Positions 1 to 7,122 of a stretch of DNA of 53,107 bases are shown one piece after another. Source of the DNA: Verrucomicrobiota bacterium (GTDB lineage: Bacteria > Verrucomicrobiota > Verrucomicrobiia > Limisphaerales > SXQI01). A program made the position numbers and the translations under genes. The notes under the pieces were generated by a model that worked only from the letters and a program-made list of their open reading frames with translations, was not told where the DNA came from and ran no database searches. The stretch lies in assembly GCA_033762115.1 (NCBI GenBank), contig JANRLX010000088.1, forward strand, positions 1-53,107, in the 5' to 3' direction. Position 1 is the stretch's first letter. Each line of letters opens with the position of its first letter.

Positions 1-179
1 CCCCCAATGTAGAGACAGCTGCTCCCAAACGTGAGGAGCAGATAAGTATGCAACTGGCCACCCCCGCAAATCAACCAGCCTGCCAGGCAGTTCGACCAGA
101 CTGTGGGTAAGTTGGAGACTCGACCCAGCAACAGCAAAGTGCGTAAATATCGTGCAGTATCTGATTGAGCAGCAAACAT
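1..179 (-). CDS. UbiA-family prenyltransferase (EboC-like), 5' part; runs off the left edge
   Basis: Not in the ORF track. Reading from ATG 179 on the minus strand gives MFAAQSDTARYLRTLLLLGRVSNLPTVWSNCLAGWLICGGGQLHTYLLLTFGSSCLYIG. GRVSNLPTVWSNCLAG resembles the first helix of UbiA-family enzymes. Confidence 0.7.
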   Translation of the reverse strand, partial: MFAAQSDTARYLRTLLLLGRVSNLPTVWSNCLAGWLICGGGQLHTYLLLTFGSSCLYIG

Positions 180-253
180 GGGCCCGTGAAGGAAAGCATG
201 AACTTCAACAAATGCAAAGCATCCAGCTTTCCTTTTGACGAAAACATTTTCAC

Positions 254-1345
254 GTGAAGAACTATTCCGTGCCTCCGAGGATGAATGAAGCAACTGCGCT
301 GCGGATGATACATTGGTTTCGCAAGAATGCCCGCTATCTTCCTTGGAGGCAGGATATTGATCCTTATCGAGTCTGGGTTTCTGAAATCATGCTGCAACAG
401 ACCCAGGTTAAAACGGTCATTCCGTATTATGAACGTTGGATGAAGCTTTTTCCCACTGTTACCGCTCTGGCCGAAGCAACTCCTGAAAGCGTCCTGAAAG
501 CATGGGAAGGTTTGGGTTATTACTCTCGCGCCCGCAATATGCAGCGGGCCGCGCAGGAAATTGTGCATCACCGGGGTGGTCTATTCCCTGACACCCTTCC
601 TGAACTTCTGGAATTACCAGGAGTCGGGCCATATACAGCGGGCGCAATCGGCAGTATCGCATTTAACCAACCCACGCCCATTCTGGACGGCAATGTGGAG
701 CGTGTGCTGACCCGCCTGCTCGGCATTCAGGAGAATCCCCGCGAAGCCAAAATTCGCCAGCAGCTTTGGAAAACTGCTGAAGCGCTTGTTTCTGCGGCGA
801 ACAACCTTCCAAACGCAGGAAAGCGAAGATTGTGCGGAGCATTCAATGAAAGTTTAATGGAACTGGGCGCATTGGTCTGCCTGCCCAGGACGCCCCTGTG
901 TGTCACCTGTCCATTAAAAGTCGAATGCATTGCGTTCAAGAATGGATTAGTCGATGTGATACCGGCATTGCCTAAACGACAGGAATCAGCAAAACGTTAT
1001 TTTGAGGCCTTTTGCGTGGAAAAAATGGGAAAAATCCTGATGGTTCAACGCCCCTCCAGGATGGTGAATGGCCAATTCTGGGAGTTACCCAACCAGGAAG
1101 TCCGCAGCAAACGCTCGCTCGAGAGTATTGCCAAAGCTTTGCAGATCAGCACTGAGCACATTCTTTCAGTGGCTGAGGTCAAGCATACCATCACACGTTT
1201 TCGTATCACTTTGCAGGTCTATGAACTTGGAAAAGTTCCTGTTCTGCCACTTTTTCAAGCAAGCCGACCCATCCCAATATCAGACCTGGAGCATCTGCCG
1301 GTGGTCAATGCGCACCGAAAAGCGCTCAAATTGCTCTTCCCCTAA
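254..1345 (+). CDS. mutY: A/G-specific adenine DNA glycosylase
   Basis: LPWR, WVSEIMLQQTQV, WEGLGYYSRARN, HhH LPGVGPYTAGAI, DGNV, and Fe-S motif CLPRTPLCVTCPLKVEC. The start may be ATG 281. Confidence 0.95.
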   Translation: MKNYSVPPRMNEATALRMIHWFRKNARYLPWRQDIDPYRVWVSEIMLQQTQVKTVIPYYERWMKLFPTVTALAEATPESVLKAWEGLGYYSRARNMQRAAQEIVHHRGGLFPDTLPELLELPGVGPYTAGAIGSIAFNQPTPILDGNVERVLTRLLGIQENPREAKIRQQLWKTAEALVSAANNLPNAGKRRLCGAFNESLMELGALVCLPRTPLCVTCPLKVECIAFKNGLVDVIPALPKRQESAKRYFEAFCVEKMGKILMVQRPSRMVNGQFWELPNQEVRSKRSLESIAKALQISTEHILSVAEVKHTITRFRITLQVYELGKVPVLPLFQASRPIPISDLEHLPVVNAHRKALKLLFP

Positions 1346-1402
1346 ACTGGATTCAGGTGAGTACCCCTTGGCAAAATTCCCGCCCTGCATACACTCCCAC
1401 GC

Positions 1403-2374
1403 ATGAATGTGTTTGTCACAGGTGGAGCTGGTTATATCGGGTCTGTGTGTGTGGAGGAATTACTCAACGCAGGACATCACGTCACTGTCTTTGATAATCT
1501 AAGCGAGGGGCATCGCTCCGCAGTGGATCAACGGGCCGTATTTGTCCAGGGCAGCTTTGCGAACAGGGCTCTCGTCACAAAAGCGCTCCAAGAGAGTGAG
1601 GCAGAGGCAATTATCCATTTTGCAGCTCACGCGCTGGTGGGTGAATCGATGCAAAATCCCGGAAAATATTTTCGAAATAATGTGGGTGATGCCTTGAACC
1701 TTCTGGAAGCTGCTGTTGAAAACAAAATCAAAAAATTTGTTTTTAGTTCCACATGCGCCACCTACGGTCCTCCCGATCGGGTCCCGATGACTGAAGACCT
1801 TCCGCAACGCCCGATCAATCCTTATGGCGAATCCAAGCTGATGTTCGAGAAAATGTTGAAATGGTATCATGAAATTTTTCAACTCGAATTTGTTGCGTTC
1901 AGGTATTTCAATGCCGCTGGTGCCAGTGAAAAATTCGGGGAACATCACCGTATCGAAACTCATTTAATCCCGAACGTCCTTAAAGTGGCGCTTGGCCAGG
2001 CGCAGCAATGTGAGATTTACGGCACCGATTATCCGACCCCGGACGGAACCTGCATTCGGGATTACATTCATATTGTTGACCTCTCCCAGGCTCATATCCA
2101 GGCGCTGGAACCGGGTAAGCAAGGTTTTTATAATCTTGGAAATGGCGAAGGCTACTCCGTGCGTGAAGTCATTAAGATGTGTGAAAAAGTTTCCGGCCAA
2201 AAAATTCCATACATCGAGAAACCTCGCAGGCCAGGGGACCCGCCTCGCCTTGTGGCATCCGCTCAGCGCGCCTTTACCGAACTGGGATGGAAACCAAAAT
2301 ATCCAAAGCTTGAAGATATCGTTTCCACTGCCTGGGCATGGCATTCCAGGCATCCCAACGGCTACTCGGATTAA
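1403..2374 (+). CDS. galE: UDP-glucose 4-epimerase
   Basis: VTGGAGYIGS, FSSTCATYG, YGESK, RYFNAAGA, DGTCIRDYIH. Confidence 0.95.
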   Translation: MNVFVTGGAGYIGSVCVEELLNAGHHVTVFDNLSEGHRSAVDQRAVFVQGSFANRALVTKALQESEAEAIIHFAAHALVGESMQNPGKYFRNNVGDALNLLEAAVENKIKKFVFSSTCATYGPPDRVPMTEDLPQRPINPYGESKLMFEKMLKWYHEIFQLEFVAFRYFNAAGASEKFGEHHRIETHLIPNVLKVALGQAQQCEIYGTDYPTPDGTCIRDYIHIVDLSQAHIQALEPGKQGFYNLGNGEGYSVREVIKMCEKVSGQKIPYIEKPRRPGDPPRLVASAQRAFTELGWKPKYPKLEDIVSTAWAWHSRHPNGYSD

Positions 2375-2377
2375 AGT

Positions 2378-3010
2378 TCAAGCCGTGAGGTTGTTGGCAG
2401 AGTGCTCATCCTTCATGATATTGAACAACCCCTGCCGCCACGCATAGCGCGCCACATCCGCCGGAGAGCGGAGTTGCAGGCGTGCCATTACGATTCCCTT
2501 GCGCCTGAGAAGTTTGCTTCGGGACCAGCCCAGTGCGGCACAAACCTGGTCCGGATCAGCGCCCTCCGCCAAAAGCGAAATCATTTGCAAATCGTCAAAT
2601 GATAATTGCTGTGATCGATCCACCTGGGATGATATTTCAGTTCTCGAACCGTAACCGGAGGAATCCTTGGAGGATTTCATCAGCACTTCTGTAATTTCCG
2701 AAAATGTTGCCGATTTCAATAAAAAGGGCTGTTTTCCCAGGCGATGACTCGGTTGGGTATGACCAAAAAAGACCAGCTTCAGATGAGGGTAAAGAGCTTT
2801 CAACGACTCGGAAAGTGAGAGGGTCATTCTCGGTTTATCGATATCCAGTAAACCCAGGGAAGCGTTGGTTTTCACTCCTTTGAGCAGGAGTTCAGAACTG
2901 CAGGTCTGCTCAATTTCAATGGTTGGGTGCTGATAATAATAGGATCGCAGTCCTGTTGCGAGCAGGGCGGGTAAATCGATCAACAGAACTTGTAGTTTAG
3001 CGCAATTCAA
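2378..3010 (-). CDS. Atypical NarL/LuxR-type response regulator (degenerate receiver + C-terminal HTH)
   Basis: The C-terminus LSFDDLQMISLLAEG...IVMARLQLRSPADVARYAWRQGL resembles a LuxR HTH; the N-terminus is receiver-like (LLDID). The TTG start overlaps the upstream stop. Confidence 0.65.
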   Translation of the reverse strand: MNCAKLQVLLIDLPALLATGLRSYYYQHPTIEIEQTCSSELLLKGVKTNASLGLLDIDKPRMTLSLSESLKALYPHLKLVFFGHTQPSHRLGKQPFLLKSATFSEITEVLMKSSKDSSGYGSRTEISSQVDRSQQLSFDDLQMISLLAEGADPDQVCAALGWSRSKLLRRKGIVMARLQLRSPADVARYAWRQGLFNIMKDEHSANNLTA

Positions 3011-3393
3011 GCCACTCCTTTGTCCTGATACTTGCTTTCAATGCATGGTTCAATCACCTGCAGTAGCCGCCTGCTGGTAAATGGTTGATGAAGAAACGCA
3101 TCGCACAAACTGGCCCGACGATCATTGATGCTGCCGCCTGTTCCAATGATGATGACCCTCGGATCCAGCTTGTGGAAAGTTTTGATGACTGTAGGCATGC
3201 TGATTTGATTGAATTCCAAATCCAACAGGATTGCCCGAATGTCCCCAATATGCTCTGAAGACAACCGGATTGCTTCATCCACTCCGGGGCTGGTCAGGGA
3301 ACTGTACCCATTCTGAGCCAGGATGATGCTGGCCATCGACCGCAGTTCCGGTTTCTCGGAAACAATTAAAATAATTTCACGCCCACTGTTCAT
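3007..3393 (-). CDS. Single-domain receiver (CheY-like) protein, atypical
   Basis: MNSGREIILIVSE...ILLDLE...IIIGTGG...AFLHQPFTSRRLLQVI. Start placed at ATG 3393; the ORF-track extension to 3714 overlaps the sigma gene. Confidence 0.75.
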   Translation of the reverse strand: MNSGREIILIVSEKPELRSMASIILAQNGYSSLTSPGVDEAIRLSSEHIGDIRAILLDLEFNQISMPTVIKTFHKLDPRVIIIGTGGSINDRRASLCDAFLHQPFTSRRLLQVIEPCIESKYQDKGVA

Positions 3394-3416
3394 GAGGGTT
3401 CTCTCTTCATCCCTTA

Positions 3417-3450
3417 ATACGGAAGGGTAAGGACAAATCTTTCTTAAAAA
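3417..3450 (-). promoter_or_regulatory. Candidate ECF-sigma promoter for the receiver/LuxR operon
   Basis: Minus strand reads TTTTT aa GAAAGATT tgtccttaccctt CCGTAT, with the same architecture as the copies at 3459-3492 and 10453-10486. Confidence 0.7.
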
Positions 3451-3458
3451 TTTGATTA

Positions 3459-3492
3459 TTTTTGTGAAAGATTCCTTGAATGCTCTCCGTAT
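3459..3492 (+). promoter_or_regulatory. Candidate autoregulatory ECF-sigma promoter
   Basis: TTTTT gt GAAAGATT ccttgaatgctct CCGTAT lies directly upstream of the ECF sigma gene. Confidence 0.7.
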
Positions 3493-3509
3493 CCATGGAT
3501 GAAGAAGTA

Positions 3510-4133
3510 ATGCATGTGCAACGGGAAGATGAATTTCTGCCGACCCGCCACTCTCTATTGAGTCGCCTGAAAGATGCTCAGGACAATGAGAGTTGGCGGG
3601 AGTTCTTCGATCTCTATTGGAAATTAATTTACAATGCTGCCCGCAAATCAGGTTTAAGCGAGGTTGAAGCGCAGGATGTCGTCCAGGAGACCATTGTTTC
3701 GGTCCATAAATCAATGCCGGATTTCAAGTATAATCCTAAAATCGGTTCCTTTAAGACCTGGCTTTTAAACCTGACGAGATGGCGAGTTGTGGATGTCGTG
3801 CGAAAACGAACCAAAGCCAAACTGGAACCTTTGCCTGATGAGTCAGACGTTGGTTCTGATGCGGAAATGCTCGTTGATCCAACCGGGCTCAAATTGGAGG
3901 AGATCTGGGAGCAGGAATGGCAAAAAAACCTCGTTGATGCGGCGATTCAAAAAGTCCGGACAAAAATAGATCCCAGGCAGTATCAAATTTTTGATCTTTA
4001 CGTCATGCAGCAGCAACCGCTTAAAAAAGTCGCCGAAGCGTTGAATGTGACCGCAGCGAAAGTTTACCTCGCGAAATTTCGGGTTTCCAATCTGATAAAG
4101 AAGGAGCTTAGGCAACTAAACCTTGACCAGTAA
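3510..4133 (+). CDS. ECF (sigma-70 family) RNA polymerase sigma factor of the Ser/Thr-kinase-associated type
   Basis: PTRHSLLSRLKD...SWREFFDLYWKLIY, EAQDVVQET, GSFKTWL, and region 4 KKVAEALNVTAAKVYLAKFRV. Start could be 3480, 3495 or 3510; 3510 is favoured by the promoter position. Confidence 0.92.
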   Translation: MHVQREDEFLPTRHSLLSRLKDAQDNESWREFFDLYWKLIYNAARKSGLSEVEAQDVVQETIVSVHKSMPDFKYNPKIGSFKTWLLNLTRWRVVDVVRKRTKAKLEPLPDESDVGSDAEMLVDPTGLKLEEIWEQEWQKNLVDAAIQKVRTKIDPRQYQIFDLYVMQQQPLKKVAEALNVTAAKVYLAKFRVSNLIKKELRQLNLDQ

Positions 4134-4295
4134 ATGGGTATGTACATCTCGAAAATTATTCCATCGACCAAAACTGTAGCGTTTATTTATTACCTCGTCG
4201 AAACGCCCGAAATCACTATTTCGTTGCGTCGGGATTTGCACCGTAGAATTGAGGCCCGCTTGAAACCACTCAAAAAACCAACCACCAACGTATGA
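4134..4295 (+). CDS. Putative small protein, 53 aa (MGMYISKIIPSTKTVAFIYYLVETPEITISLRRDLHRRIEARLKPLKKPTTNV)
   Basis: The ATG immediately follows the sigma TAA, and its TGA overlaps the next ATG (ATGA). No homology evidence. Confidence 0.3.
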   Translation: MGMYISKIIPSTKTVAFIYYLVETPEITISLRRDLHRRIEARLKPLKKPTTNV

Positions 4296-4453
4296 CTCAG
4301 GAACCCAACTCGTCTGATTTAACTCGAGGTTATAGTCCCAAACCCACACCACGTCTCCCTGAAACGGTACCTTCTGAAGGTTCTCCTTTGGAAGAGCAAG
4401 GCCACAGTCCTTCGCCTTCTTCCGTAAGTTCGGCCAAGCCATTATCCACGTGA
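4292..4453 (+). CDS. Putative Ser/Pro/Thr-rich small protein, 53 aa
   Basis: MTQEPNSSDLTRGYSPKPTPRLPETVPSEGSPLEEQGHSPSPSSVSSAKPLST. Its TGA overlaps the GTG start of the glycosyltransferase (GTGA). Confidence 0.4.
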   Translation: MTQEPNSSDLTRGYSPKPTPRLPETVPSEGSPLEEQGHSPSPSSVSSAKPLST

Positions 4454-7122
4454 CCGGAGTGCGCAAGCTCATCCTGAAAAATCACCTGTCGCCGGGAGAT
4501 ATTGTCATGCTGACGGCTGCGGTGCGCGATTTGCACCGCAATTATCCTGGTGAATTTATCACGGATGTTCGCACGAGTTGTCCTGATCTCTGGCAGCATA
4601 ATCCTTTTTTAACCCCACTGGACGAGCAGGATGAGTCAGTGGAAATCCTTGAATGCTCTTATCCGTTGATCGATCACTCAAACCAGCTTCCCTATCATTG
4701 CATCCATGGATTTATCCATTTCCTGAACAAATCATTGGGGCTTTCGATTAGTCCCACCGCATTTGGCGGGGACATCCACCTTACATCGCAGGAGAAGGAA
4801 TGGTACTCCCAGGTTCACGAGTTTACAGGCTGCGACATTCCTTTCTGGATCATTGCAGCCGGAGGTAAATTCGATGTCACCATTAAATGGTGGAGTACTC
4901 AGCGCTGGCAGCAGGTTGTGGATCATTTTGCCGGACGGATCCAATTTGTTCAAATTGGTGAGTTCCATCATCACCACCCCAAGTTACGTGGCGTGATTGA
5001 TCTGAGGGGGCGCACAAATCTACGTGAGTTGGTCCGTCTCGTTTACCATTCACAAGGGGTGCTTTCTCCTGTCACGGCGTTAATGCACCTGGCTGCGGCC
5101 GTTGAAACCAAATGGACCTGCGGCCCTCGGCCGGCTGTTATCGTGGCCGGAGGACGGGAACCTGCGCATTGGGAAGCATATCCCAACCATCAGTTTCTTC
5201 ATACTCTTGGTGCTTTAACCTGCTGCCGCAATGGTGGATGCTGGCGGGACCGGGTTTTGCCATTGCACGATGGGGATGAGCGGGACTCTCCCCAAAATCT
5301 TTGTCTTCAACCGGTCCAGGACCTTCCGAGATGCATGGAAATGATCACTCCCGGTTTGGTCATTCATTCTATTGAGCAATTTTATTCCGGCGGCGCACTG
5401 GATTACCTGACCCCTGCTCAAGCGCTTGCAGCTGCCAGTGGAGTGGAAAAAAGCTCTTTTAACATCCATTACGATAACCAGCCACTAAACATCCACAATT
5501 CACGCGCTGCTCTTGATCAGCAAATATCCATTCTCTCTTCGTATGGAGGCGAACACAAGGGCAGGGGAATTGTAATTTGTGGAGGAGGACTGACCTATTT
5601 TACTTCCGCCTGGGTTTCTATTTCCATCCTTCGAAAACTGGGCTGCCAGCTCCCCATTGAATTGTGGCATCTGGCTGATGAATTATCCCCGCGCATGCGT
5701 TCACTCATGAAAACCCTGAACGTTCGATGTGTCGATGCCGGAGAAGTTCGCAAACGGCACCCGGTTCGTCGGTTGGGTGGTTGGGAATTAAAAGCCTATG
5801 CTCTGGTACATAGCTCCTTTCGGGAAATCCTGTTGCTGGATGCGGATAATGTTCCTGTTGACGATCCCTCATATCTCTTTTCCACCCCCGAATTTTTAGA
5901 AACAGGAGCGATTTTCTGGCCGGATTTTGACAAATTCCGGCGTACTCATTTGATTTGGGAAAATTTCGGGATGACCCAGCCCGCTGGGCCGGAGTTTGAA
6001 AGCGGTCAGATTGTCATCGACAAGGAGAAATGCTGGAAACCGCTGCTGCTGGCTCTTTGGATTAATGAGCATTCTGATTTTTTTTATCGGTATATTCATG
6101 GTGACAAGGAGACCTTTCATCTTGCTTTTCGAAAGCTTGGCCTGCCATTTTCTTTCATCCCGCACCCGATCCACGCACTTTGGGGGACGATGTGTCAGCA
6201 CGATTTCTCCGGGAAACGGATTTTTCAGCACCGCAACGGTGACAAGTGGAATCTTTTTCTCCTGAACCAGCAAATCGATGACTTTCTTCTGGAGCAAGAG
6301 TGTCGCAAGGCAGTGATTGAGCTTCGGGAACTTTGGGATGGCAATCTTTCGTGTTATGAAAAAAATACCAACGACTCACCCAAAGAGGATCGATCTCATC
6401 TGATTTTTCTCGCGGGAATGATTTCCTGTCCTGTCCGAAGCGAGCTTCGCGTACAGACTTTAGCATCATTTGCTGAAACGGATTGGGGTAATCCACCATG
6501 GCTTAGTATTGATTCCGCTGATCAAGGCACACCTCAATCCCGACAAACTCACAACTGTTTCGAACTGCTTTCCGCTTCGATTCAAAATGAATGGGATTAC
6601 TTTCTTTTTCTTGAAGATGATCTTGTTTTTAACAAGTACCTTCGTTGGAATCTTCAAAATTGGAAATTGCTCAATGAGCGGCGACCCGACTTTATCACAT
6701 TATATAATCCAACTCTAAAGGATTTGGCTTGGGATGCGCCCAATTACGCCGCTGTTCTTGACCCATCCAGAGTCTATGGCAGCCAGGCACTGCTTCTCTC
6801 CCGGAGGCTTGTGGAGTATTCGTTGTTAAACTGGGATTCTGTCATTGGAATGCAGGACATGAAATTGCGCTCCTTTGCGGAGCGATTGGGAAAGCCCCTC
6901 TATCGAAGCTGTCCTTCCCTGGTTCAGCATATTGGAACAAAAAGCGCCTGGGGTGGACGATTTCATCAAGCTTCAGATTTTTCAGGCGACTGGAAACGAG
7001 CAGTAATTGCAGAGGCCTCCCTCATTTCCGTTCGTGGTGAAATGAATTGCCCTTTACTGGAACCTTTCCCTATAGTCGCGCTTCCTTCGCGCGATGCGAC
7101 CGGCTGCTACAACAAACGCTGA
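4450..7122 (+). CDS. Three-domain glycosyltransferase: GT9 heptosyltransferase-like + Mnn2/GT71 alpha-mannosyltransferase-like + C-terminal GT-A (GT25-like)
   Basis: N-terminal: PGDIVMLTAAVRDL, KWWSTQRWQQV, DLRGRTNLREL, TALMHLAAA. Middle: RGIVICGGG, LGCQLPIELW, LLLDADN, TGAIFWPDF, EFESGQIVIDK, GDKETF. C-terminal: FLFLEDD, PSLVQHIG. Confidence 0.8.
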   Translation: MTGVRKLILKNHLSPGDIVMLTAAVRDLHRNYPGEFITDVRTSCPDLWQHNPFLTPLDEQDESVEILECSYPLIDHSNQLPYHCIHGFIHFLNKSLGLSISPTAFGGDIHLTSQEKEWYSQVHEFTGCDIPFWIIAAGGKFDVTIKWWSTQRWQQVVDHFAGRIQFVQIGEFHHHHPKLRGVIDLRGRTNLRELVRLVYHSQGVLSPVTALMHLAAAVETKWTCGPRPAVIVAGGREPAHWEAYPNHQFLHTLGALTCCRNGGCWRDRVLPLHDGDERDSPQNLCLQPVQDLPRCMEMITPGLVIHSIEQFYSGGALDYLTPAQALAAASGVEKSSFNIHYDNQPLNIHNSRAALDQQISILSSYGGEHKGRGIVICGGGLTYFTSAWVSISILRKLGCQLPIELWHLADELSPRMRSLMKTLNVRCVDAGEVRKRHPVRRLGGWELKAYALVHSSFREILLLDADNVPVDDPSYLFSTPEFLETGAIFWPDFDKFRRTHLIWENFGMTQPAGPEFESGQIVIDKEKCWKPLLLALWINEHSDFFYRYIHGDKETFHLAFRKLGLPFSFIPHPIHALWGTMCQHDFSGKRIFQHRNGDKWNLFLLNQQIDDFLLEQECRKAVIELRELWDGNLSCYEKNTNDSPKEDRSHLIFLAGMISCPVRSELRVQTLASFAETDWGNPPWLSIDSADQGTPQSRQTHNCFELLSASIQNEWDYFLFLEDDLVFNKYLRWNLQNWKLLNERRPDFITLYNPTLKDLAWDAPNYAAVLDPSRVYGSQALLLSRRLVEYSLLNWDSVIGMQDMKLRSFAERLGKPLYRSCPSLVQHIGTKSAWGGRFHQASDFSGDWKRAVIAEASLISVRGEMNCPLLEPFPIVALPSRDATGCYNKR

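Noticed and set aside
3394..3714. Extended N-terminus of the 235-aa minus-strand ORF
   Set aside because: It overlaps the sigma gene and both promoters; the receiver fold begins at ATG 3393.
4220..4246. Fourth copy of the ECF promoter (CCGTAG)
   Set aside because: No GAAAGA element at the 13-nt spacing.
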